The notes below the pieces were generated by a model. The model was given only the letters and a program-made list of their open reading frames with translations. It did no database searches and was not told the DNA's origin. 64,000 bases of DNA, taken from the NCBI GenBank assembly GCA_963663165.1, contig OY760175.1:3904001-3968000 (forward strand). Direction: 5' to 3'. Position numbers and translations under genes: made by a program. This stretch comes from an uncultured Desulfospira sp. GTDB taxonomy: Bacteria > Desulfobacterota > Desulfobacteria > Desulfobacterales > Desulfobacteraceae. Shown in pieces: positions 19,760 through 29,147 of this stretch; position 1 is the first letter of the stretch, and the number at the start of each line of letters is the position of its first letter.

Positions 19760-20075
19760 TTAAAATATTTTTCCAAAATCAGCGGCGGCAGCACCCACTC
19801 CGGGATCGGTTTCGCCGTCCTCAAGGTTGCTGATCAGCCTGGCCAGGTCCTTGCCGTCCACATCCCGGTCCCGGTCAAGGTCCGTGCTCAGCCCCACCAG
19901 GACAGGGCTGGCCATTTCACTCTCATTGCCGAAATCATCATAAGCCCTGATCCCGACAAAGTAGTTGTCCCACCCAAGGCCCAGCACCTGAAAATCCGTC
20001 AGCCCCACATCCCCCATGTCCGTCATGCCGGAAGCCGTTTCGCCCTTGAATATCCGGTATCCGGCCGCCCAGCCC
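19760..20075 (-). pseudogene. 3' remnant of a secreted protein (fibronectin-III strand plus dockerin/EF-hand-like tail)
   Basis: AAGYRIFKG...YFVGIRAYDDFGNES followed by DLDRDRDVDGKDLA; in-frame stop just upstream, no signal peptide. Confidence 0.6.
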
Positions 20076-20216
20076 GAATGACAGCCCGGCGCTTACCTTG
20101 AAATCCAGTTCGATTTCAAACATCTGCTGCTCAATGTCATTAACTTAAGAGTTTTCATCACTAAAAGTTAGGACGGCTCTTATTAATCTCAAAACAAGCG
20201 TGAGATAAGTAATAAA

Positions 20217-20372
20217 ATGGCATATAATATTCTTGCCGGTGGCACCTGCCTTCAGGATATTGAGCTGCTCAGAAACAATGAAGCCTGGTTGAATGCTCTG
20301 GATGCAGAAATTATCCCCGATCCCACTACAGCCGGAGACTTTTTGCGCCGGTTTTCCAAGGAAGATATCATA
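20217..20372 (+). mobile_element. IS1380-family transposase fragment
   Basis: AYNILAGGTCLQDIELLRNNE...IPDPTTAGDFLRRF, then unrelated sequence. Confidence 0.75.
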
Positions 20373-20735
20373 ACAGGGAATTTAAGCAATGAACCACAAC
20401 ACAATCGGCAGTATTCCAAAAAACATCAGGACTCGTGCGTCTGTTTGATGGAAATTGGAGACACAAAATAATAGCTCGGGTCGCCGATTGCTTATGAGAA
20501 ATTCATTCCCAACAACACCGCCACATCCGGTCTCCTTTTTTTACATCAAACAATCGGCAGATTACACACGATCACCCTGTTCCCGCAGGATACCCTGTGC
20601 GGCCGGATGGATGTCTGTTGTTTTTACACCCTGAAAAGAAAATTGATACGAGGTTAACTTTCCCGGGCTCATGTTAAAGTGGAAAAATTAACCAACGCCC
20701 TGTGCACAAAGGGTTTGAACAAATTGACCCGACCC

Positions 20736-20751
20736 AGGCACGAAAGGTGCA
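20736..20751 (+). promoter_or_regulatory. Sigma-54 (-24/-12) promoter of TRAP operon 1
   Basis: AGGCACGAAAGGTGCA = GG-N10-GC, about 45 bp before the dctM start. Confidence 0.65.
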
Positions 20752-20797
20752 TTTGCAAAAACCAGTGCCATATATTGAATATCCAAAGGGGGTGTTA

Positions 20798-22105
20798 ATG
20801 GATCCAATTCTCATCGGGATTATCGGTATCATCTGCCTGATCATTTTACTGTTCATGGGAACTGAAGTCGGCATGTCCATGCTGGTTGTCGGATTTTTCG
20901 GGTTTGCCGCCGTTGTCAATTTCAAAGGGGCCATGGGTATATTAAAAACCGTTTTCTACAGTACCGGTACCAATTACACGTTAACGGTTATTCCTCTTTT
21001 TGTACTGATGGGCCAGTTCGCCTTTCACTCCGGCCTGAGCAAACAGCTTTATAATGCCTGTTATAAGCAGCTAGGGCGCCTCCCCGGTGGGCTTGGGGTC
21101 GCCACTGTGGGCGCCTGTGCTTTTTTTTCGGCCATATGCGGTTCAAGCACGGCAACGGCTGCCACCTTCGGCTCGGTCGCCCTTCCCGAAATGAAACGGT
21201 ATGGCTATGACCCGGGCATATCCACCGGTGCTGTTGTGGCCGGGGGTACGCTTGGCATCCTCATTCCGCCAAGTGTGGGGTTTATCGTTTATGGGGTCAT
21301 TGCCGAGCAGTCCATTGGTAAATTGTTTGCCGCAGGAATTTTGCCGGGAGTCGTCCTCTGCCTGTGCTATATGTCCGTTATCATTATACAATGCATTTAC
21401 AACCCCAAGCTTGGCCCCAAAAGCGAGCGTTTTGCCTTTTCGGAAATCTGCAAATCAATCATCAGCATCATTCCTGTTTTTGTTCTGTTCCTTGTTGTCA
21501 TTGGCGGCATTTTTTTAGGCATTTTTACGGCCAACGAGGGGTCTGCCGTCGGCGCCTTTTGCTCATTGCTGTACATGATCTGGAGACGGTCTGCCACACT
21601 AGAAAATATCACCAAATCCCTGACAGACACCGCCAAAACAACGGCCATGATTTTTTTGATCATTATTGGTGCCAACACCTTTGGCTATTTCCTGGCCACC
21701 ACCCAGATCCCCATGACACTTGCAGCCGCCATCTCGGATATGAATGTCAACCGCTACCTGATTCTGGCCACGATCCTGATCCTTTATGTGTTCATGGGCA
21801 TGCTCATGGATTCATTATCCATGATTATGCTGACCGTTCCCATCTTTCTGCCCGTAATTCATGTTCTGGAGTTTAATCCCATCTGGTTTGGAGTTCTGAT
21901 GGTCTTGATGCAGGAAATGGGGCAGATATCGCCTCCGGTTGGGATGAATATTTTTGTCATCAAAGGCATTGTGGGCCGTTCCATACCGACGTCCAAAATC
22001 TTTAAAGGCGTTATCCCCCATGTCATAGCACTGATTGCGGCCATCATTATCATGATCATTTTTCCGCAAATTCCCATGTTTTTACCTGATCTTCTGTATC
22101 AATAA
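20798..22105 (+). CDS. dctM: TRAP transporter large permease
   Basis: VIPLFVLMG, ICGSSTATAATF, GGTLGILIPPS, ISPPVGMN. Confidence 0.93.
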   Translation: MDPILIGIIGIICLIILLFMGTEVGMSMLVVGFFGFAAVVNFKGAMGILKTVFYSTGTNYTLTVIPLFVLMGQFAFHSGLSKQLYNACYKQLGRLPGGLGVATVGACAFFSAICGSSTATAATFGSVALPEMKRYGYDPGISTGAVVAGGTLGILIPPSVGFIVYGVIAEQSIGKLFAAGILPGVVLCLCYMSVIIIQCIYNPKLGPKSERFAFSEICKSIISIIPVFVLFLVVIGGIFLGIFTANEGSAVGAFCSLLYMIWRRSATLENITKSLTDTAKTTAMIFLIIIGANTFGYFLATTQIPMTLAAAISDMNVNRYLILATILILYVFMGMLMDSLSMIMLTVPIFLPVIHVLEFNPIWFGVLMVLMQEMGQISPPVGMNIFVIKGIVGRSIPTSKIFKGVIPHVIALIAAIIIMIIFPQIPMFLPDLLYQ

Positions 22106-22123
22106 TAATTAGAAGGGGGCGAG

Positions 22124-22645
22124 ATGAAGCCACTTTATGCCATAACTCAAAAAATCAGCAAAATAATGGTGCTCGTCAGTTCTGCGGCCATCTTATTGAT
22201 GATGCTGCTGATGCTTGCGGATATCACGCTGCGCCTGATTCTAAACAAACCCATTATCGGTTCTTTTGAAATTATTGAACAAATGATGGTAATCATCGTC
22301 TTCTTTGCTTTCGGATACACCCAGATAGAAAAAGGGCATATCTGTGTCGATGTGGTGACCACTGCGGTGCCGGAAAAGGTGCGTGATATCCTCAATGTCA
22401 TTACTTCCTGTATCGGTGTAACAATGATGGGGCTTGCCTCCTATGCAAGCTCCCAACAGATTATAAAGGAGTTTACAAAACAATCGACCACATCAACATT
22501 GCTGATACCGCTTTATCCGTTTCTGGCCATTGTTTCACTAGGCGTTTTTTTTCTTGGATTGTGCATGCTGCTGGACTTGATCACCGCTTTTGCGGATTTA
22601 TTCGGCAAAGGTGATTGGGGTTTCGATAATGGCGATAATGCCTAA
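22124..22645 (+). CDS. dctQ: TRAP transporter small permease
   Basis: Four TM helices, DITLR, GHICVD. Confidence 0.88.
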   Translation: MKPLYAITQKISKIMVLVSSAAILLMMLLMLADITLRLILNKPIIGSFEIIEQMMVIIVFFAFGYTQIEKGHICVDVVTTAVPEKVRDILNVITSCIGVTMMGLASYASSQQIIKEFTKQSTTSTLLIPLYPFLAIVSLGVFFLGLCMLLDLITAFADLFGKGDWGFDNGDNA

Positions 22646-22666
22646 AAACCAAAAGGAGAGAAAAAT

Positions 22667-23713
22667 ATGAAAAGTATAAACCGTATGGTGACCCACCTGC
22701 TTCTCGTTGGATTCCTGGCAACGTCTGTATTTCTTGTGGGAAGCAGCCCAGACTGCCAGGCCGCCGACAAGGTCATAAAGTTTAAACTGCATCACCACGA
22801 CCCCCTGACCGCAACCGTGGCAAGGGATATTGACCGCTGGGTCAAAAAGGTTGAACAGAATGGCAACGGAAAAATCAAGATCACGATCTATCCTTCGGCA
22901 ACCCTTGGTTCCCCAAAAGATGCCTATGACATGGTAGAGAACGGGGTCTGCGACATTGCCTGGGGATTTACCGGATTCATGGCCGGGGTTTTCCCCGTCA
23001 GCGAGGGCCTTTCCCTGCCCATGCAAGGCCTTAAGAACTGCGAACACGGCACCAAGGTATTGATGGATATGTATGAAAATACCGATATGCTAAAGCCCGA
23101 ATATGAAAAGATACATCTCATATTCATCCATGCGCTGTCGGCCTATCCCATCGGTACAAAAAAGAAACAAATTACCACTTTTGAGGATTTAAAAGGACTC
23201 AAGCTCCGGGTTCCCGGCGGGCCTCCCACCAGTTATATGATTCATGCCGGTGCGTCACCCATGAATATTGTCACGCCGGAACTTTACACCTCCCTGGAGC
23301 GCAGGGTCATCGACGGCGTTGCCTTTGACTGGACCGGACTGGTCAGTTTCAAACTTTATGAGCAGCTTGATCACGTTCTGGACTGCGGCCTGGCAACAGG
23401 GGTCTCCTGGTTTGCCGTGAACAAGGAAAAATGGGCATCCCTGCCGGATGATGTCAAGGCCGCATTTGATAAAGAAAGCGGTTTCAAAGGGGCCCAGGAG
23501 TTTGCCCAGTTCTGGGACAATGATACCAGAAAATTTATGGAGTCCTCTTTTAAAGGTAAAATTAATACCCTGTCAGACGCCGAACAGGCCAAATGGCAGG
23601 CAAATGCGGACCAGGAAGCGCAGAACTGGATTAAGGACATGAACGCAAAAGGATATGACGGACAGGCCATTTACAACAAATACAAAGAGTTGATCGCCAA
23701 ATACGCAAAATAA
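22667..23713 (+). CDS. dctP: TRAP transporter substrate-binding protein
   Basis: Signal peptide, YPSATLG, DLKGLKLR, ELYTSLERRVIDG. Confidence 0.92.
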   Translation: MKSINRMVTHLLLVGFLATSVFLVGSSPDCQAADKVIKFKLHHHDPLTATVARDIDRWVKKVEQNGNGKIKITIYPSATLGSPKDAYDMVENGVCDIAWGFTGFMAGVFPVSEGLSLPMQGLKNCEHGTKVLMDMYENTDMLKPEYEKIHLIFIHALSAYPIGTKKKQITTFEDLKGLKLRVPGGPPTSYMIHAGASPMNIVTPELYTSLERRVIDGVAFDWTGLVSFKLYEQLDHVLDCGLATGVSWFAVNKEKWASLPDDVKAAFDKESGFKGAQEFAQFWDNDTRKFMESSFKGKINTLSDAEQAKWQANADQEAQNWIKDMNAKGYDGQAIYNKYKELIAKYAK

Positions 23714-23754
23714 AAGGAAACCGTAAACTTTTTCCACTCGATAGCCTGAAAACG

Positions 23755-23800
23755 ACAACAGCGCTTCTTTTCATTGCCGTGAAGAGAAGCGCTGTTGTTT
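23755..23800 (+). terminator. Long hairpin / intrinsic terminator after dctP
   Basis: ACAACAGCGCTTCTTTTCA-TTGCCG-TGAAGAGAAGCGCTGTTGT followed by Ts. Confidence 0.7.
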
Positions 23801-23832
23801 TGCTTAGTTTTCAGCATTAGCTGAATAGTTAC
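23792..23832. mobile_element. Solo end of family-A MITE
   Basis: TGCTTAGTTTTCAGCATTAGCTGAATAGTTAC is identical to the end of the 62989-63140 copy. Confidence 0.85.
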
Positions 23833-24021
23833 ATCTTTCTTTCGAAAAAAGGAGGGGGCTTTATCACGTTGGCGTTTATTGCCCAATTTAAAGCTATTCA
23901 TAATATGATTCTTAAATTAAGTCATAATAATTAATAAGTCATTAAATATATTTACAATTATCAAAATATTATTTATGATAAAAGCTATTCATATTATTAA
24001 CCATTAATTATTATACACCCC

Positions 24022-25338
24022 ATGACATCAATTACCGATTACTTAACCAGAGGCCCTTGTTCATCAAAAGAACTCCAACGGGCTGTTGGGTTAAGCCAAA
24101 GCTCTATTTCCAGGGCACTTCAGCAACTGGGGGATTCGATTGTCTCTGTGCAGGAAGGCCGGACCGTTAAATATGCCGCCACATGCAATGCCTTTGGGGT
24201 GAATGACAAAATCCCTTTGAGTGTCATAAATGAAAATGGGCAATGTCGGCGGATTGCCTATGTCCGGCCGTTGAACTGCGGTTATTTTTATGTGGATCCC
24301 GCCCATCCCCCGGATTTCCCTTTGGCATTGTCAGGGGAAAACCGCCTCGGGCTATACAAAGACCTCCCTTATTTCCTTTTTGATTTAAGGCCCCAGGGAT
24401 TTCTTGGCCGGCAAATAGCCAAAACAATCGGTGCGTATAATTCTGAGTTTCCGCCGGACCCTCAAAAGTGGAACACGAATCATATCGGCCGGTATCTGAT
24501 TTTCAACGGCGAGGACACCCCGGGCAATATCATATTGGGGGAACAGCTGTTTTCAAGCCCGAGGCAACCTCCTGTCCCTGTTTCGCTGTCCCAATACCCC
24601 CAATGGGCCGAAAAAATCCTGAAAGGGGAACACCCGGGATCTTCCGCCGGCGGGGAACAGCCCAAATTCGCAGTCTTTAACAAAGAATCATTTTCCCATG
24701 TCATTGTTAAATTTTCCCCTCAGGGGGAGAACGAGATCGCCCAAAGATGGAAAGATATCCTGATAACCGAATATTATACCTGTGCTGTTCTTTCCAAAAA
24801 TGGTTACCCGGCCCCTGATTTACAGCTCATGGAAATGGAAGGCCGGTTGTTTCTGCAGTCCCGGCGATTTGACCGGCACGGGGAATTTGGCCGGTCCTCC
24901 ATGCTCAGCCTGGATATTCTGGACAGGGAATTTTCAGGAATTGGAAATGATTGGGCCAGGGTGGCAGGGGAACTGTTCAATCAGGGATGGGTGAACCGGC
25001 AGGACATGGAGACGGTCAAAGAGCTGTCCTGTTTCGGCAGACTTATCCATAATACGGATATGCACCTGGGGAATCTGAGTTTTGCCATGGAACAGGACTC
25101 TTTTAGGTTGCTGCCAATATATGATATGTGTGCCATGGGATTTGCCCCCCAAAGCGGAGAACTCCTGCCGTTTGAGTTCCAATGCACCAGGGATTTTAAC
25201 GAAAACTTAACAACCGGCCAAATGGATAAGGTTCAAAAAATGGCATTTGATTTCTGGGAAGCCCTTGCCCTTGATCACAGAATTTCAAATGGGTTTAAAA
25301 ATTATCTGAATCAAGGCAATCCTGTAAACGGCGGTTGA
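24022..25338 (+). CDS. yjjJ: HipA-like Ser/Thr kinase toxin with N-terminal HTH (YjjJ/HipH family)
   Basis: LSQSSISRAL HTH, DLRPQGFLGR, GSSAGGEQPKF, RFDR, NTDMHLGNLSF, PIYDM. Confidence 0.88.
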   Translation: MTSITDYLTRGPCSSKELQRAVGLSQSSISRALQQLGDSIVSVQEGRTVKYAATCNAFGVNDKIPLSVINENGQCRRIAYVRPLNCGYFYVDPAHPPDFPLALSGENRLGLYKDLPYFLFDLRPQGFLGRQIAKTIGAYNSEFPPDPQKWNTNHIGRYLIFNGEDTPGNIILGEQLFSSPRQPPVPVSLSQYPQWAEKILKGEHPGSSAGGEQPKFAVFNKESFSHVIVKFSPQGENEIAQRWKDILITEYYTCAVLSKNGYPAPDLQLMEMEGRLFLQSRRFDRHGEFGRSSMLSLDILDREFSGIGNDWARVAGELFNQGWVNRQDMETVKELSCFGRLIHNTDMHLGNLSFAMEQDSFRLLPIYDMCAMGFAPQSGELLPFEFQCTRDFNENLTTGQMDKVQKMAFDFWEALALDHRISNGFKNYLNQGNPVNGG

Positions 25339-25369
25339 TCTGAACCCGAATTCCGGTGACGGTTCAGGG

Positions 25370-25729
25370 CTATGTGTTCAGTTCAAATACAACCCTTAAC
25401 GCCTGGTTAATTTCCTGGACTTTGTCCATTGACAGTTTCCCCCTGATTTTGACCAGTCGATGGCGATGATCTATTGGACGTGTCTGAAGGCAATCGGCTA
25501 TGGATTTTTTAGACAGGCCATTATCGGATGAGGGATAGATTTCAACATTGGTTGTGACCCGGGCTTTTTTCGCGCTCCATTCGGTCACCGGAACAACCTG
25601 GACAACCGGAACCCTTGCATTATAAATATCGTTGGTCGCCACCACACACGGCCTGATTTTTCCGGTTTCCGAACCTTTTGTGGGATCAAGGTTGACGTCA
25701 ATAATCATGCCTCTTTTAAGCACCATCAT
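25370..25729 (-). CDS. mazF: MazF/PemK endoribonuclease toxin
   Basis: RGMIIDVNLDPTKGSETGKIRPCVV, GLSKKS, QTRPID. Confidence 0.9.
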   Translation of the reverse strand: MMVLKRGMIIDVNLDPTKGSETGKIRPCVVATNDIYNARVPVVQVVPVTEWSAKKARVTTNVEIYPSSDNGLSKKSIADCLQTRPIDHRHRLVKIRGKLSMDKVQEINQALRVVFELNT

Positions 25730-25959
25730 TCCGGCCATCCGTTCAATGCCGTTTCTGTCAGGTCTTTTAAATCATCGTCCTCAGAATAGATTTCAGAATA
25801 CAACTCAGCAGATTTTTTAAGGCGTTCAAGTTCCATTTCCTTTTTGAAAAGCTCTATGGCCTCACGAAGCATGGCGCTTTTGTCCTTAAATCCATAGGCC
25901 TTAAAATCATTCAAAAACTGAACTTGAGCTTCCTCAACACTGAATTTCGCCTGTAACAT
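25726..25959 (-). CDS. Probable antitoxin (ribbon-helix-helix-like) for the downstream MazF
   Basis: 77 aa, KSAMLREAI, acidic C-terminus, 4-bp overlap with the toxin start. Confidence 0.75.
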   Translation of the reverse strand: MLQAKFSVEEAQVQFLNDFKAYGFKDKSAMLREAIELFKKEMELERLKKSAELYSEIYSEDDDLKDLTETALNGWPE

Positions 25960-26030
25960 TTGGCCCCCTTTCAGGCCCCTATATTGGGACCTTATTCACA
26001 GGCATATTATAGGGGCTGATATGCTGAGAG

Positions 26031-27563
26031 TCAATGTAGGGATTTGCTTTTTCGAATGAGGCCGGCTAAAAATTCGGTAAAGGGTTTTATATTCTTTTTT
26101 ACGCTGGCCTGTTCTAAGGCGGCCATGTACTCGCTGCGGGTTTCAAGGGGAATAACCGTCCATGGATAGCCGCCGCCGGCCAGCATAACATTCATGAGAA
26201 ATCTTCCCATGCGGCCGTTTCCGTCGGTATAGGGATGGATATAGACAAAGAAAAAATGGCCCAGAACCGCTCTTACAGCAGACTCTTCTTCGTTTTTCAA
26301 AAGCGTGAAGAATGCGGGCATGAGATCCTGCACAGCGTCGCTGCGCGGCGGTACATGCTTTGATTTTTGAATATATACCGACTGGTCACGGTAACCGGCA
26401 AGGTCAGAGGCGGCAAGAATACCTGCGCTGACACTCGGGGCAAACAATTCTCTATACCATGTGGCATGATCGTTGTGGACCACCTCGCCCGGACAGTTCT
26501 TATCCAGAATTTTTTTAAGGCTTTTTTTCACCGCCTGAAACGCCTGCCAGTAACCACGGGCAGCCAGGGCGTCTGCATACGCTTTGTCTTTAGGGTTTGT
26601 GTCCGGGTCCCAGTTTCCTGAGCGGCCCCGCTCAATAAGTTGTTCACTGACACGATATCCCTCAATGGAAAGTGAATGATAGGCATCACTCAGATAAGTA
26701 TCATCCACCTGCCTGAGGTATGTGTCAGCTTTTTGGCACGATGGGGGGGCGGGCAAAAAATTTTCCAGGACAACCCCGCGCATATCGGCCCAGTCCATCC
26801 GGATCCGGTTGACATATGGGGAAAGTTCCCGCCCACTGAAGCGTATGGCCGGCTTTTTTTCAAAGGGGTCATTTTCCGTAATGGTATACCCGGCAGCCCT
26901 CATGGCCTCAAGGATATCATCGGCAATGCCGGTTTTCCCAATGTTTTTAAAGGCGCCGGCAAGCCTTCCGGCGACGGTGCTGTGCCCGCCTTCAAGGAGT
27001 TTGCGCAACACCAGGGAAGCATCACCAATCATGCACAAGGAAGCCCGGGCCTCCACCGCATAATTTAAAAAAAAGCCCGGGGCACATGAAACCAACGCCG
27101 CGGGCAGTGTCATCACCCGCAGGTTTTCTTTGGTTTCCATATCATTTTTGTCCGGCAATTTCAGGCGGACGTCCATTATCGAGGTTCCATAGGGAAGCGA
27201 TGTGGGTTTATTCCCCCCTTTAGGCGTCCGGACGAAAAGTTGTCCGGGTACGGTCCAGTTCCCGCTGTGAATGTTCAATGACTGCTCAGGCGATAGGCAC
27301 CACTGATCATTGAATCGTGATTCAAGGTATTCCGCGCAAAATTCCCAAAACGAGGCATACCAGGCCGTGCTTTCCCCGGCCGGGTCTTCAGGCCGCCCCG
27401 GAATATACCACCCCTTCATCACTTCTTTTATAAATCCGTTTTTAACGAGGCGTTCCCGGTGGGTGCGGGTCATATGCTTTGTATGAATGGCAACCGCGCC
27501 TTTGTTTTGAAGCTTTTTCAAAACAGCAAGGGACTGTGCGAGTTTTTCCCGGGGCAAGGCCAT
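26031..27563 (-). CDS. Large Fic-family protein
   Basis: HPYTDGNGRMGR Fic motif; internal SLSIEG inhibitory-type motif. Confidence 0.9.
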   Translation of the reverse strand: MALPREKLAQSLAVLKKLQNKGAVAIHTKHMTRTHRERLVKNGFIKEVMKGWYIPGRPEDPAGESTAWYASFWEFCAEYLESRFNDQWCLSPEQSLNIHSGNWTVPGQLFVRTPKGGNKPTSLPYGTSIMDVRLKLPDKNDMETKENLRVMTLPAALVSCAPGFFLNYAVEARASLCMIGDASLVLRKLLEGGHSTVAGRLAGAFKNIGKTGIADDILEAMRAAGYTITENDPFEKKPAIRFSGRELSPYVNRIRMDWADMRGVVLENFLPAPPSCQKADTYLRQVDDTYLSDAYHSLSIEGYRVSEQLIERGRSGNWDPDTNPKDKAYADALAARGYWQAFQAVKKSLKKILDKNCPGEVVHNDHATWYRELFAPSVSAGILAASDLAGYRDQSVYIQKSKHVPPRSDAVQDLMPAFFTLLKNEEESAVRAVLGHFFFVYIHPYTDGNGRMGRFLMNVMLAGGGYPWTVIPLETRSEYMAALEQASVKKNIKPFTEFLAGLIRKSKSLH

Positions 27564-27579
27564 GGTTCACCTGATCTCT

Positions 27580-27650
27580 GATTTTTAGGTTATTAAGCTT
27601 TAATATATTTAGGTTTTCGAGTCAAGTGATTTTTAGGTTTTTATGCTTTA
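27580..27650. promoter_or_regulatory. Three TTTAGGTT repeats at 24-bp period upstream of fic (candidate operator)
   Basis: AGG cores at 27587, 27611 and 27635; first and third units match over about 23 bp. Confidence 0.5.
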
Positions 27651-27735
27651 CAAAATTTGGGAAATTCAGCTGAAGGGGATTAGGCCGAAGGGGTTCACAG
27701 CCCTAAACCCCTTCAACCTTCAGTCTAAACCCCTT

Positions 27736-28986
27736 CTAAAGCATTTCCAGGGCACAGGCCATGGCCACGCCCCCGCCGCCGCAAAGGGTGGCAAGCCCTA
27801 AAGTGTCTCCGCGTTTTTTCATGGCATGGATCAACGTGACCATGATCCGTGCGCCGGTGGAGCCCACGGGATGGCCAAGGCCGATGCCGGAACCGTTGAC
27901 ATTGGTAATTTCCCGGTTCAGCCCCAAATCTTTTTCACACCCAATATACTGGGCCGCAAAGGCCTCGTTGACCTCAATGAGTTCAAAATCGTCAATGGCA
28001 AGGCCGGATCTTTCCATGAGGTTTTTTACGGCCGGCACCGGGGAGAGCCCCATGACACTGGGATGGCAGGCGCCCATGCCCGTGGCCTTAATCCGGGCGA
28101 TGGGGGTAAGGCCCAGCTCTTTGGCCTTGTCCATGGACATGATGATCATGCCCGTGGACCCGTCATTGATGCCCGAGGCGTTGCCGGCGGTGACCTTGCC
28201 GGTTTTGGGGACAAAGGCCGGCGGCAGGGCGGCCAGCTTTTCCATGGTCATGCCCGGCCTGAAATGTTCGTCCTTATCAAAAATAATGGGATCTTTTTTG
28301 CGCTGGGGAACCGTGATGGGAACGATTTCTTCGGCAAAGGAGCCGTCATTGGTAGCCCGCTCGGTGTTGTTGTGGCTCCTTAGGGCCACCTCATCCAATT
28401 CCTCCCGGCTGAGCCCCATGTGCTGGGCAATGAATTCTGCCGTGTGCCCCATGATATAGGGTTTGCCCACAAAATAGCTTGCCGGGGCCTGGGTGGTGTC
28501 TACCGGACTGGTTTCGTCCAGGGGCAGGATATAGGAACCGCAGTGCAGGGCATGGATCATGGCGTCCACAAACTGGGCATCCTGAAGCCGGCAGCCCCAC
28601 CGGGCCTTGGGCGCGGTATAGGGCACCCCGGACATGTGCTCCACCCCGCCTGCCAGGATGATATCGGCCATGCCGGCCTGGATCATGGCCATCCCTGACA
28701 GGACCGCCTCCATGCCGGAAATGCAGACCCGGTTGATGGTCACCGCCGGCACCGTATCCGGGATCCCGGCCATGAGGGCCGCCACCCGGGTGGTGTTCAG
28801 GGTGTCATGGTGTTCCACACAGGTGCCGTAACGGACATCGTCAATCATCGAAGGTTCAATGCCGGCCCGTTTGATGGCCTCTTTCATGGTAACCGACCCG
28901 ATGGTCGCGCCGTTCAAATCCCTTAAGGTTCCCCCGAATGCGCCAATGGCGGTTCTGCAGGCCGAAACAATTACAATATCTTTCAT
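27736..28986 (-). CDS. Acetyl-CoA acetyltransferase (thiolase)
   Basis: INRVCISG, NASGINDG, NEAFAAQ, GHPVGSTG, CGGGG. Confidence 0.95.
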   Translation of the reverse strand: MKDIVIVSACRTAIGAFGGTLRDLNGATIGSVTMKEAIKRAGIEPSMIDDVRYGTCVEHHDTLNTTRVAALMAGIPDTVPAVTINRVCISGMEAVLSGMAMIQAGMADIILAGGVEHMSGVPYTAPKARWGCRLQDAQFVDAMIHALHCGSYILPLDETSPVDTTQAPASYFVGKPYIMGHTAEFIAQHMGLSREELDEVALRSHNNTERATNDGSFAEEIVPITVPQRKKDPIIFDKDEHFRPGMTMEKLAALPPAFVPKTGKVTAGNASGINDGSTGMIIMSMDKAKELGLTPIARIKATGMGACHPSVMGLSPVPAVKNLMERSGLAIDDFELIEVNEAFAAQYIGCEKDLGLNREITNVNGSGIGLGHPVGSTGARIMVTLIHAMKKRGDTLGLATLCGGGGVAMACALEML

Positions 28987-29054
28987 TTTATCGTTCATCC
29001 TTAAATATTTTGTTATCATTCCTGATACTGACCGCTAAAGCTAACAGCCAATTC

Positions 29055-29146
29055 GTGTCTAAACGAAAACCCGCGTTTGGACGAAAAGTTGCCCAGATGC
29101 AAATTTTTATGCAACGCAGCAGATGGGTGACTTTTCGTTCAAACAC
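29055..29146. repeat. Family-B ERIC-like element, internally deleted copy
   Basis: Reverse complement of 30976-31118 lacking about 51 bp of the central hairpin. Confidence 0.8.
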
Positions 29147-29147
29147 C

